This document shows, in pieces, positions 43,313-51,778 of a DNA stretch of 64,000 nt. The position numbers were made by a program, and so were the translations under genes. This DNA is from a virus. The notes beneath the pieces are model-generated. The model was not told the DNA's origin, searched no databases, and worked only from the letters and a program-made list of their open reading frames with translations. Each line of letters begins with the position of its first letter. Within the stretch, counting starts at the first letter, position 1. Location of the stretch: positions 64,001 to 128,000 of IMG/VR virus record IMGVR_UViG_3300023174_006137; one strand, written 5' to 3'.

Positions 43313-44191
43313 TTTTTTATAATAATTTATAAATTTTTCTATTTCAGTTTTTATATATTCTTTTCCTGCTTCGTTATTTATTGATTGCCATTTTATTCTA
43401 TAAATATTAAAATGTTTTAATAAATTTTTATCTCTTTCATTATCATGTTCAACTCTATATTCATGTTGTTTACCATCTATTTCTAAATCAATATTTCCTT
43501 CTTTAATATAGAAATCTAAAAAATAATTTCCATTTCCTTCTATATTATATTCTTTTTTTATTATAGTTTTATTAGGCTCATATTTTATGCCATTGTTTTC
43601 TAATACCATTTTGAAAAACTTTTCTGGATAACTTTCAATATTTCTTGATTGCCAACCTTTATGTGTTCCATTTTTTATTCTTTCTTTAACTGAATCTCTT
43701 AATTTATTTTTATATTCCTCGCTTGTAAATTGACACTTTTTACTACAATATTTTCGATTAATATTTTTTCCAGTATATGTTTTTTTACAATTGGGACATT
43801 CTTTTATGTATTCCTCTTCATTATATTTTTTATTCCACGGAATATTATTTTTTAATGTATTAGATATTTTTTTACATCTTTCCTCATATTTTTCTTTATC
43901 AAAATTAGTATTATTTTTACCATGTTGATAATAAGAATTTGAACATGACGATGAACATGTTTTCTTACCATTTTCTGTTGTTTCAAATTCGTTAAAACAA
44001 ATAGGACAAATAAGTTTAATTTTTTGGTATTTTCTATTTTTGTTTTTATTTTCAAAAATAGATTTATTAAATCCATTTTGTTCTAAAACTTCTGCTGCCT
44101 TTTTATTGCTTCGTCCATTAGAATAACCATATAATTTTATGGCTAAGTCATTAATGGAAAAACTTTCATTTATAATTTTAATGATATCCAT
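43265..44191 (-). CDS. Homing-endonuclease-like protein (Zn fingers + DUF559/Vsr-like nuclease), in frame with the Gln leader
   Basis: CxxC/CSxxC repeats, SYPE, FLDFY...LEIDGKQH...RD; start set at ATG 44191 after AATATATA. Confidence 0.75.
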   Translation of the reverse strand: MDIIKIINESFSINDLAIKLYGYSNGRSNKKAAEVLEQNGFNKSIFENKNKNRKYQKIKLICPICFNEFETTENGKKTCSSSCSNSYYQHGKNNTNFDKEKYEERCKKISNTLKNNIPWNKKYNEEEYIKECPNCKKTYTGKNINRKYCSKKCQFTSEEYKNKLRDSVKERIKNGTHKGWQSRNIESYPEKFFKMVLENNGIKYEPNKTIIKKEYNIEGNGNYFLDFYIKEGNIDLEIDGKQHEYRVEHDNERDKNLLKHFNIYRIKWQSINNEAGKEYIKTEIEKFINYYKKMKTLTSQQQQLFKPD

Positions 44192-44232
44192 AAGATATAT
44201 ATTAAAATTGTCGGAGAAAGTTTTTCCGAACC

Positions 44233-44311
44233 TGGTCGAGAAGGTGAGATTCGAACTCACGAGTTGTCTTGGTCCCAAACCAAGCCGGGTACCTGACTCC
44301 CGAACTTCTCG
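44233..44311 (-). tRNA. tRNA-Pro(UGG)
   Basis: CTTGG TTTGGGA CCAAG; encoded CCA. Confidence 0.85.
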
Positions 44312-44317
44312 TTTTTG

Positions 44318-44391
44318 CGGTCTGTACCGGGTACGATCCGGCAACCTTCCCCGTGACAGGGGGATATTGTATCCATTTCTACTAACAGACC
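44318..44391 (-). tRNA. tRNA-Asp(GUC)
   Basis: TCCCC CTGTCAC GGGGA; G73. Confidence 0.85.
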
Positions 44392-44399
44392 ATTTTTTG

Positions 44400-44477
44400 C
44401 AGTGACGACGGGACTCGAACCCGCAAACCTCCCGATAGACAGTCGGGCATTCTGACCTAAAATTGAACTACGCCACT
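44400..44477 (-). tRNA. tRNA-Asp(GUC)
   Basis: CCCGA CTGTCTA TCGGG; G73. Confidence 0.85.
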
Positions 44478-44483
44478 ATTTCG

Positions 44484-44568
44484 TCTGGGTGACAGGGCTC
44501 GAACCTGCATAAGATGTTAATCATTCTCCTGTCCAAGAGGAGTCGGCTTCCATTGCCTTCACACCCAG
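44484..44568 (-). tRNA. tRNA-Pro(UGG), long variable region
   Basis: CTCCT CTTGGAC AGGAG; C1-G72, A73. Confidence 0.8.
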
Positions 44569-44573
44569 AAATT

Positions 44574-44607
44574 AAAAAAACCTATTAGCTTTTGACTAAC
44601 AGGTTTT
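44574..44607 (-). terminator. Attenuator terminator of the Pro/Asp module
   Basis: AAAACCTGTTAG tcaaaag CTAATAGGTTTTTTT. Confidence 0.85.
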
Positions 44608-44631
44608 AAATAATACAATTTAAAAAATCGT

Positions 44632-44721
44632 TTATATAAACACATAGTTAGTCCACTCCTTATCAGGATCCTGATCCGGTTGTTGTTGTGGAACTACTTG
44701 TATGTTTATATTGTTTTTCAT
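44632..44721 (-). promoter_or_regulatory. Leader peptide MKNNINIQVVPQQQPDQDPDKEWTNYVFI
   Basis: 10-codon P/Q/D-only tract; GACTAAC is complementary to terminator GTTAGTC; promoter at 44783-44813. Confidence 0.8.
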
Positions 44722-44782
44722 TTTATTATAGTATATATTGTTTTTAAAAAATGCTTTTTTGCTATTGTTTAATTTTGTAGTG

Positions 44783-44813
44783 CAAAGATACATAAAAGTT
44801 TGAAATCAGCAAA
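44783..44813 (-). promoter_or_regulatory. Bacteroidota-type promoter of the Pro/Asp/Gln tRNA operon
   Basis: TTTG-N19-TATCTTTG. Confidence 0.8.
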
Positions 44814-44867
44814 AATTTTTTTTTTAATTTTTACATATTAATTTGCATAATATAATATATAGTAAAT

Positions 44868-46751
44868 ATGGATAAAGTAATTCTTGATACTACGAATAAT
44901 GAAACAATTATTAAACCAGTTTATATCTATAAAGTTTTCAAAATAAAAGATATTGAAATACTTGGTAGAGGTGATACTGATAATTTAGATATTTATTATC
45001 GTTTTTCACAAGATTATGGTAGAACAATTTCGGATTTTATTCTTTTCACAAAAGAAAATATTATTTCAGAAAGAATTAATCCAATTCGTTTTTTCCAAAT
45101 TGAGTATTATTTAAGATATACCGGAACTTCTACCGCTACTATCTTTGATATAAATTTAGTTGGCGATTTCCAAAATGTATCATTAGACGGACAAAAAAGT
45201 AATGTATATGGCATAAGAGAAAACTGCAATTGCCTTATTGCTGGTTTAATTTGTGACCCTTCAACTTTACCAGAAGGTATGCCACCAGGTGGAATATCAA
45301 GTATGTTAATGTCTAACTATAATACTGAATCGACTAATTTGCCTGCTTTAAATAGCGAACAAATTGCTAATTTATATAATCCATATCAACAAGCACAAGC
45401 ACTTACTTTATTTAATAAAATGAGTAATGATGTTTCTAATTTATTTGGGCATGATGTTATTTATGTATTAACGGATCCAGATCAAAATGGAACTGATTAT
45501 ACATTCCATGAATATACTATACAAAATTATATTTGTGATGCTAAATTAAAAGTAAATGTTGATAATAACCAATTTCCAGATAATACCGGTGCTTTAAATA
45601 ATTTTGATTTATCTTTATTTGATAGTTTTGAAATTAATATAACAAAAGATGCTTTTAAAGCGGCTTTTGGTATTGAAAAAAGACCAGGTTTAAATGATGT
45701 TATATGGTTTTGTAATATAAATAAATTATATACTATTGAACATGCACAGGCAATAAGAAATTTTAATAATTATTCAATCTACTATAAAGTGATACTTAAA
45801 AAATTCAATCAAAAAGCAAACATTATTGGAGCAACACAAGAAATACAAGATGTGCTGGATAATTTAACAAAAAATACCACATTAGAAGAATTAATGGGGC
45901 TAGAGAATATGCAAGATAAAAAGGCAACCGCAAATAACGAACAATTAAGACCGGCAAATAAAGCACAAGAAACTTTAAGAGTTGATATTTATTCAAATAT
46001 AGAACAAGAAATTATACAAAATGCTTCAGTGACAGTTGCTAAAACTTGTTATGAAATGTCAACGGTTCAATTTAACGAACCAGGTGTTGTATATAGAAAC
46101 TTTAAATTTTTCTATCAAAAATCAGACAATATAGGTTTTAGTTGTTGGTTTAATATAAATAATTTAACTATGAACGATACTTACCATTTCTTTAATTATA
46201 TGGATGTTTCAAATAATGGTTTTAAGTTTTATATGTTAGGAAATAGTATCTTTGTTAATCTTAACGGTGTAGCAAACGAATTTAGTTTAATAGATGAAAA
46301 TTGTAATAATGCTAATTTAGCAAGTAATGTTTTATCAGAAAATGTATGGTATGCTTTGGTAGTTAATATAAATCAAAGATTAAATGGTTTAGAGGTTTAT
46401 TTATATAAGAGAAATGTTGATTACGAAGAAGATGCTGAATCATTATCGTCATCTAAATTAAAATTAGTAAACAAAGTAATTAAGGGTGTTGAACCAAGTA
46501 TTTTAGATATATCACCAGATACTAATGCCAATATATTAGGTTCTGATATGAAAATCACTAATTTAAGATTGTTTAATGATGTTATACCAGAAGCACAACA
46601 TAATAAAATGTTAAACTTATTCTTAATAGGTGCTGATTATAAATATGCCATATTTACAGATAATGCAAACCAAGATGCAAATATGCCATCTAATATAGAT
46701 AGCAGAATAAATTATAATAAAATTAGAAGAGGAACTGGATTAGATAACTAA
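44868..46751 (+). CDS. Virion protein: T4 gp14 neck-like domain + LamG-like C-terminus
   Basis: FGHDVIYV, KRPGLNDVIWF...KLY; FSCWFN, NVWYALVV, ITNLRLFN. Confidence 0.55.
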   Translation: MDKVILDTTNNETIIKPVYIYKVFKIKDIEILGRGDTDNLDIYYRFSQDYGRTISDFILFTKENIISERINPIRFFQIEYYLRYTGTSTATIFDINLVGDFQNVSLDGQKSNVYGIRENCNCLIAGLICDPSTLPEGMPPGGISSMLMSNYNTESTNLPALNSEQIANLYNPYQQAQALTLFNKMSNDVSNLFGHDVIYVLTDPDQNGTDYTFHEYTIQNYICDAKLKVNVDNNQFPDNTGALNNFDLSLFDSFEINITKDAFKAAFGIEKRPGLNDVIWFCNINKLYTIEHAQAIRNFNNYSIYYKVILKKFNQKANIIGATQEIQDVLDNLTKNTTLEELMGLENMQDKKATANNEQLRPANKAQETLRVDIYSNIEQEIIQNASVTVAKTCYEMSTVQFNEPGVVYRNFKFFYQKSDNIGFSCWFNINNLTMNDTYHFFNYMDVSNNGFKFYMLGNSIFVNLNGVANEFSLIDENCNNANLASNVLSENVWYALVVNINQRLNGLEVYLYKRNVDYEEDAESLSSSKLKLVNKVIKGVEPSILDISPDTNANILGSDMKITNLRLFNDVIPEAQHNKMLNLFLIGADYKYAIFTDNANQDANMPSNIDSRINYNKIRRGTGLDN

Positions 46752-47050
46752 ATTTTATCAGTAATTTTAGAAATACTTTTATCAATATCTGCAAAAGATG
46801 GAATAGAATTTCCTATATAAATAAATGCAATATTCTTATTCTTAACTATTGATTTCCTAACAGATTCTTTCATTAATCTTTTGATGTAATTTCTATCAAC
46901 CGCTCTTTTGAACTTTTTAGAAGAAACCGCAAAAAGAAATGAACTATTAGATTCAGATTCTAAAATTTTAACCATTATTACATCACTTGAAATGGTTTTA
47001 CCATTTTTAAACAATTCGTCAATTATTATCTTATTTTTTAAAGTTTTCAT
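46748..47050 (-). CDS. rnpA: Ribonuclease P protein component
   Basis: FAVSSKKFKRAVDRNYIKRLMKES (RNR motif), LFKNGK, AFIY. Confidence 0.85.
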   Translation of the reverse strand: MKTLKNKIIIDELFKNGKTISSDVIMVKILESESNSSFLFAVSSKKFKRAVDRNYIKRLMKESVRKSIVKNKNIAFIYIGNSIPSFADIDKSISKITDKI

Positions 47051-47054
47051 AAAA

Positions 47055-47426
47055 TTAATTTAATAAATCATTAATTCGGTTATATCGTCTCCATGCTATT
47101 CGTGCTGATTCATATTTTTCAGTTCCTTTTACTGATTGTCCAGTATAAGTTCCAATATATGCTATGTTTCCAGTCATTATTTTTTTATCTAAACATTCAT
47201 CACATATAGCTATGATGAATTCATCCGTATCAAATTTACTACCATATCCGGCACTAATTAGGTCTACTACACCATCTTTCCACATTTGTGAGCCAGCATC
47301 TAATATAATTTCTTCTTCTGGTTCACCATGAAATCCTATCTTTTCTTTATTGAAAACAACATCTTCTTCATTTTTACCTTCTATAAGATATAATGAAATC
47401 TTTTTATCGCAACAAATACACATCAT
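47055..47426 (-). CDS. Hypothetical protein (CxxC pairs; C-terminal RYNRINDLL)
   Basis: Host-type promoter at 47432-47463. Confidence 0.6.
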   Translation of the reverse strand: MMCICCDKKISLYLIEGKNEEDVVFNKEKIGFHGEPEEEIILDAGSQMWKDGVVDLISAGYGSKFDTDEFIIAICDECLDKKIMTGNIAYIGTYTGQSVKGTEKYESARIAWRRYNRINDLLN

Positions 47427-47490
47427 AAATGCAAATATACAAAGAAAAAACTAATTAAACAAAAAATATTTAAAGTAATATATAAATTAA

Positions 47491-48099
47491 ATGAAAAAAA
47501 GGCAACATATAGTAAAGACATTTGAAGGGTTTACAAAAGATAATTTAGATTATTTAGTGACATATAAAAAAACATATGTTAGACAACAATTTAGAGACAG
47601 GGGAATTGATTTGAATAAAATACAAAAAATAGTTAAAGAATATGATATAAGCAACTTTCGTCTTGACGATAAAGGTTATGGCATTTTTATCTATCCAGAC
47701 ACAAACTTTATTGAATTATTAAAACAATTAGACCCAAGAGTCGATGATAATATGAGATTTTATTTAACCTTAACAGGTGATATGAACCAAATAGATTTTA
47801 GCGATGGATTACCACCTTATTTAAGAGGTCTTGGCGTAGCGTACAAATTATATAAAATGACTATAGAAAAAAATAAGTATATAACTTCTGATAGATTCTC
47901 ATCATTGCATGCTTGGAACTTATGGTATAATTTATTACAAGATAACGATTTATATTGTTTTACTTCTAATATAAGGAGTGGTTTAATAAGCAAAAAAGTA
48001 AATGAAGAGGAATTAAAAGAAATAATTAATAAATTAAGTGTAGGAGTTGAAAATATAGAATACGATGACGACTTAAAAGAAAAATTAGGTATCTGTTAA
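47491..48099 (+). CDS. Hypothetical protein, GNAT-like motif
   Basis: YLRGLGVAYKLY...SD...AWNLW. Confidence 0.45.
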   Translation: MKKRQHIVKTFEGFTKDNLDYLVTYKKTYVRQQFRDRGIDLNKIQKIVKEYDISNFRLDDKGYGIFIYPDTNFIELLKQLDPRVDDNMRFYLTLTGDMNQIDFSDGLPPYLRGLGVAYKLYKMTIEKNKYITSDRFSSLHAWNLWYNLLQDNDLYCFTSNIRSGLISKKVNEEELKEIINKLSVGVENIEYDDDLKEKLGIC

Positions 48100-48222
48100 A
48101 ATTATATCATAATTATATAATGACATTTTTGTAAATTATTTTTTATGTAGGTTTAACTACTAACTATTATATGTATTTTTTATCAAAAATTTGGTTAGGC
48201 AACTATTTTAATATATAGGTTT

Positions 48223-49164
48223 ATGTGTTTCAATAGTAAAAAACATTTTATTAAAAACTTTAAGCAGTTTGAGAATAATTTACTAGATATAAAAGAAGAA
48301 TTAGTTAATTTTCCTTTAAAAAAATTAATTTATATAATAAAGCAAAAAATTGAAGGAACTATTAAAGAAGGTGAAAATAAATATAATTTTGATTTCTCAC
48401 AAGAAAAATTTTTACCTATAAAGTTTAACCTTATTATTAATTATATAATCGAAGAAGATATTGATTATGGTGGCTATATCGATTACAACGAAATAAAAAG
48501 AGTTAAGTTTAATAATTTAAATTTACATATTGATATACAAGATAAAGAAATAGACTATACTTCTGTTTATTCAACAATAGGGCATGGATTAAAACATGTG
48601 TTTGATATATACCACAACGACCCTTACCAAGAAGTAAATAAAATGAAAATTATTTGGAAACTTCATGGTGATAATCAAAATAAGTATTTAAGAGAAATAC
48701 TTTATTTGACATATTTAGCATTAGGTTATGAGTTAGAGGCAAGAAATAATGAACTATATAATAAGTTAAGATGGCTAAAAAGTTTTGATAGTTCTATGAT
48801 TATGGACGAGTTTAAAAAAACATATGTATATAAATCTTTAATGGAATTAAAAAATTTTAATATTGATGAAATATTAAATAATGTAGATAATAATGAATTA
48901 ACTGAATTTCTAACAGAATACGCTAATAAAATCTATGATAGAGATATAGATACCCCTAAAAACTTTTTAGAAAGAATAAAAGGTTTCTTTAATGCCGTTG
49001 GCGATGCTTATTTAAGCAAAGCAAAAGACATTTTAGATGAATTAATAATAGACAATAGACCTTATATGGAAACTAAAAAACACACATTTTTTTATGAATA
49101 TCTTTATTTACTTAATTTAGAAAAAGAAATGGAAGAAATTATTGAAAAAATTAATTTAAATTAA
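48223..49164 (+). CDS. Zincin-like protein with degenerate HGxxH motif
   Basis: IGHGLKHVF...YELEAR; resembles 54576..55514. Confidence 0.5.
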   Translation: MCFNSKKHFIKNFKQFENNLLDIKEELVNFPLKKLIYIIKQKIEGTIKEGENKYNFDFSQEKFLPIKFNLIINYIIEEDIDYGGYIDYNEIKRVKFNNLNLHIDIQDKEIDYTSVYSTIGHGLKHVFDIYHNDPYQEVNKMKIIWKLHGDNQNKYLREILYLTYLALGYELEARNNELYNKLRWLKSFDSSMIMDEFKKTYVYKSLMELKNFNIDEILNNVDNNELTEFLTEYANKIYDRDIDTPKNFLERIKGFFNAVGDAYLSKAKDILDELIIDNRPYMETKKHTFFYEYLYLLNLEKEMEEIIEKINLN

Positions 49165-49216
49165 ATTAATAAAAGGATAAAATAAAAAACAAAGCAAAAA
49201 TGCTTTGTTTTTTATT

Positions 49217-49462
49217 TTAAATTGTTGGATATACAATCAAATCACCAGACTTAATCGCTTTGTTAACATACCTCAACAAGGTTATTGCCTTATATTCTGC
49301 TTCAAATTTTGTTGTACCAACATCATCCGTGTCTGATAAATCTACAGGAAATAAATATGTTTTACTATTGGTAATAACTTTATACCATAAACATTGACAA
49401 CATGCATAAGCAAATTTTGCTTTAGTGTCTTTAACGACATCTAATACTTTAATCTTTTCCAT
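49217..49462 (-). CDS. Hypothetical protein
   Basis: ORF; terminator at ~49185-49214. Confidence 0.6.
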   Translation of the reverse strand: MEKIKVLDVVKDTKAKFAYACCQCLWYKVITNSKTYLFPVDLSDTDDVGTTKFEAEYKAITLLRYVNKAIKSGDLIVYPTI

Positions 49463-49517
49463 TTTAAATAATTTATTTTTGTGATCATACTAAAGATATT
49501 TCACTCTAATATGTCTG

Positions 49518-49590
49518 TAGTTCCAACGAGATTCGAACTCGTATCATAATTTTAGGAGAATTATACCTTATCCTGTTAGGCTATGGAACC
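49518..49590 (-). tRNA. tRNA-Arg(CCU)
   Basis: TAATT CTCCTAA AATTA. Confidence 0.85.
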
Positions 49591-49596
49591 ATTTTG

Positions 49597-49682
49597 TACC
49601 GCTAGCAGGACTCGAACCTGCACTATCTTTACAGAAAACGGATTATGAGTCCGTCACAATTACCACATCTGCTCATAGCGGC
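49597..49682 (-). tRNA. tRNA-Met(CAU), long variable arm
   Basis: ACGGA CTCATAA TCCGT. Confidence 0.8.
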
Positions 49683-49688
49683 ATATTT

Positions 49689-49967
49689 TTATACTCTTTT
49701 ACTTCTCCATTTAATAAACTTTTTCACATCAGGATGTTCTAAAAGTTTTTCCTTTGTATTATATGTTAAGCCCATTTCTTTTTCAGTTATGAACCGATGT
49801 ATTTGCCCATGACAATAAAATTTACATATCCAAATACCATGATTTTTCAAATAATCTTTATCATAATTCTTTTTGAAGAACTTATTTGAATGCAAAGTCC
49901 TTGGAATTAAATGATGAAAATTTAAATAATCATTTGTTGAGCCACACAATTCACATTTATCTATCAT
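49689..49967 (-). CDS. Small HNH-like protein
   Basis: CELC...FHHLIP...IC..CH..IH. Confidence 0.7.
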   Translation of the reverse strand: MIDKCELCGSTNDYLNFHHLIPRTLHSNKFFKKNYDKDYLKNHGIWICKFYCHGQIHRFITEKEMGLTYNTKEKLLEHPDVKKFIKWRSKRV

Positions 49968-50107
49968 AATATATCATAATAATACCAAGTATTATCATAT
50001 TTTTCATTAACAATTTTTGTTATTTCATCTTTTTCCAATTCTTCATTAATAAAAAATGATTCATTTTTCAAATATTCTAAATCAAAATAAACTACTATTT
50101 CAATCAT
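49964..50107 (-). CDS. Small hypothetical protein (47 aa)
   Basis: MIEIVVYFDLEY...; ATGA-coupled to the HNH gene. Confidence 0.4.
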   Translation of the reverse strand: MIEIVVYFDLEYLKNESFFINEELEKDEITKIVNEKYDNTWYYYDIL

Positions 50108-50154
50108 AATTTTTTTTTTATTTTAATCAATATCTATACCTTTTTGAATTACTA

Positions 50155-50182
50155 ACTCCTGCGTATACCAATTCCGCCATAT
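50155..50182 (-). pseudogene. tRNA remnant (D-arm fragment)
   Basis: TGGCGGAATTGGTATACGC without anticodon or T arm. Confidence 0.5.
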
Positions 50183-50190
50183 GATAATCG

Positions 50191-50263
50191 TAGCTCTGAT
50201 GGGAGTCGAACCCACACATTTCCGAGTTTGAATCGGTTGCCTCGCCAGTTGGGCTACAGAGCC
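50191..50263 (-). tRNA. tRNA-Leu(CAA), short variable loop
   Basis: CCGA TTCAAAC TCGG. Confidence 0.75.
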
Positions 50264-50269
50264 ATTTTG

Positions 50270-50351
50270 TGCAGAAGAAGGGAGTCGAACCCTCACACCT
50301 TTCGGCACAGCAACCTCAATGCTGCGTGTTTACCAATTACACCACTTCTGC
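50270..50351 (-). tRNA. tRNA-Leu(GAG)
   Basis: CAGCA TTGAGGT TGCTG; long variable arm. Confidence 0.9.
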
Positions 50352-50357
50352 AATTTG

Positions 50358-50433
50358 TAGCACTCCTGGGATTTGAACCCAGAACTCTCAGGTTCTAAAG
50401 CTGAGTCCTCTGCTCTTGTTGGGATAGAGTGCC
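50358..50433 (-). tRNA. tRNA-Leu(UAG), short variable loop
   Basis: TCAGC TTTAGAA CCTGA (C31.C39 mismatch). Confidence 0.65.
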
Positions 50434-50438
50434 ATAAT

Positions 50439-50468
50439 AAAAAAATCCCGTCAAATTGACGGGATTTT
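50439..50468 (-). terminator. Attenuator terminator of the Leu/Met/Arg module
   Basis: AAAATCCCGTCA att TGACGGGATTTTTTT. Confidence 0.9.
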
Positions 50469-50490
50469 AAATAATCTTAAAAATAAGAAT

Positions 50491-50559
50491 TTACATAAGA
50501 ATCCCGTCCAATGTTTCCATTAGATTAAGCAAATTCATATTTAGATTCCTATTTCTCAT
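50491..50559 (-). promoter_or_regulatory. Leader peptide MRNRNLNMNLLNLMETLDGILM
   Basis: Uses AGG, CTA, TTG, CTT and ATG codons; contains GACGGGATT complementary to the terminator 5' arm; promoter at 50592-50622. Confidence 0.8.
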
Positions 50560-50651
50560 ATTATTATATATTAATTTTTTATTTCTTTTTACAAAAGTAA
50601 GAAAAAATTTTTATTTTACAAATTTTTTTTAAAATTTTTTTCTTGTGGTAA

Positions 50652-50912
50652 TTAACTAAATGTTATTTGATCATAATCATACCAATCATTTTTAGTATAG
50701 TCCCAATGTCTAAAATCATAAAAACTGATATGAAAATATACTAATTTTAATAACTCTATGCGAAATTCAACACCAGCATGATCACATTTAGAACGTGACT
50801 GCAATGAAATTACAAACCAATTGGCTAGGTCATTTAAGGTTAATTGTATTTCTATACCTTTATGTAAAGTTATTTGTTTAAAAAATAAAAAGGTTTTACT
50901 AAATTTTTTCAT
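50652..50912 (-). CDS. Hypothetical protein
   Basis: ORF between tRNA clusters. Confidence 0.6.
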   Translation of the reverse strand: MKKFSKTFLFFKQITLHKGIEIQLTLNDLANWFVISLQSRSKCDHAGVEFRIELLKLVYFHISFYDFRHWDYTKNDWYDYDQITFS

Positions 50913-50947
50913 GTAGAATTATTTTTTCTTATATATAAATTTTTTTG

Positions 50948-51036
50948 AGTGCAAAACAGGATTCGAACCTGTGATGTTGGAATTTACCAAGACACTTTTG
51001 CAGAGTGCCGCTTTCGACCACTTAGACTACTTGCAC
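50948..51036 (-). tRNA. tRNA-Cys(GCA), long variable arm
   Basis: GCACT CTGCAAA AGTGT; U73. Confidence 0.85.
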
Positions 51037-51043
51037 AAATTAG

Positions 51044-51116
51044 AGGTGCTGATAAGAATTGAACTTATGTATTAGATTTTGCAGATCTACGCCTCAAACC
51101 GCTCGGCCACAGCACC
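51044..51116 (-). tRNA. tRNA-Cys(GCA)
   Basis: TAGAT CTGCAAA ATCTA; U73. Confidence 0.85.
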
Positions 51117-51127
51117 ATTAAATTAAG

Positions 51128-51200
51128 AGCTAAAGAACGGATTCGAACCGATATCATCTTTCATACCAAGAAAGTACCTAAACCATTCAGTCACTTCAGC
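51128..51200 (-). tRNA. tRNA-Thr(GGU)
   Basis: CTTTC TTGGTAT GAAAG. Confidence 0.85.
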
Positions 51201-51206
51201 ATTAAG

Positions 51207-51280
51207 AGCTAAGGAAGGGATTCAAACCCTCATATTCTTCATTACAAGTGAAGCGCCTAATTCAGTTCAGCCACCTTAGC
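51207..51280 (-). tRNA. tRNA-Thr(UGU)
   Basis: CTTCA CTTGTAA TGAAG. Confidence 0.85.
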
Positions 51281-51287
51281 ATTTTTG

Positions 51288-51360
51288 TTGTCCTGGTGGG
51301 TAACGATCCCACTGCCTCGATCTTATCAGGATCGCCATCTAACCATTGATATACAGGACA
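51288..51360 (-). tRNA. tRNA-Ile(GAU)
   Basis: CGATC CTGATAA GATCG. Confidence 0.85.
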
Positions 51361-51370
51361 ATTTTACTTG

Positions 51371-51443
51371 TTGGATTGATCGGTTACGATCCGACTCTCT
51401 ACACGATATCAGCGTGTTGCTTTCCCGATTAAGCTACAATCCA
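51371..51443 (-). tRNA. tRNA-Ile(GAU)
   Basis: ACACG CTGATAT CGTGT. Confidence 0.85.
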
Positions 51444-51448
51444 AATTG

Positions 51449-51522
51449 CGGGAGTAGTAGGACTCGAACCTACCACCATTCGATTAACAGTCGAATGCTC
51501 TAACCAACTGAGCTATACTCCC
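51449..51522 (-). tRNA. tRNA-Asn(GUU)
   Basis: TTCGA CTGTTAA TCGAA; G73. Confidence 0.9.
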
Positions 51523-51528
51523 AATTTG

Positions 51529-51601
51529 TATTCTTGATCGGTTACGATCCGATTACCTCCACCATGTCACAGTGGCGCTCTCCCAATTGAGCTACAAGAA
51601 C
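51529..51601 (-). tRNA. tRNA-Val(GAC)
   Basis: CCACT GTGACAT GGTGG. Confidence 0.85.
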
Positions 51602-51606
51602 ATTTG

Positions 51607-51678
51607 CTGATGAGGAGAATTACGATATCTCGACTCTCGCCTTAACAGGGCGACACTCTGCCTCTGAGTTACTCACCA
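51607..51678 (-). tRNA. tRNA-Asn(GUU)
   Basis: TCGCC CTGTTAA GGCGA; G73. Confidence 0.85.
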
Positions 51679-51685
51679 ATTTTTG

Positions 51686-51772
51686 TGATCCTAACAGGAT
51701 TCGAACCTGTGTTAACATTTACTGCCTCAGGCTTGTAAAACCTGCGCTCTAAACCAACTGAGCTATAGGATC
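51686..51772 (-). tRNA. tRNA-Val(UAC), long variable region
   Basis: CAGGT TTTACAA GCCTG. Confidence 0.85.
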
Positions 51773-51778
51773 AGTTTG

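Noticed and set aside
44192-44344. N-terminal extension of ORF 43265..44344
   Set aside because: Overlaps tRNA-Pro and tRNA-Asp; ATG 44191 after AATATATA is the better start
50358-50433. Ochre-suppressor (UUA) reading of this tRNA
   Set aside because: Arm spacing centres the 7-nt loop on UAG (Leu), the leader has CTA codons, and TAA is the main stop codon
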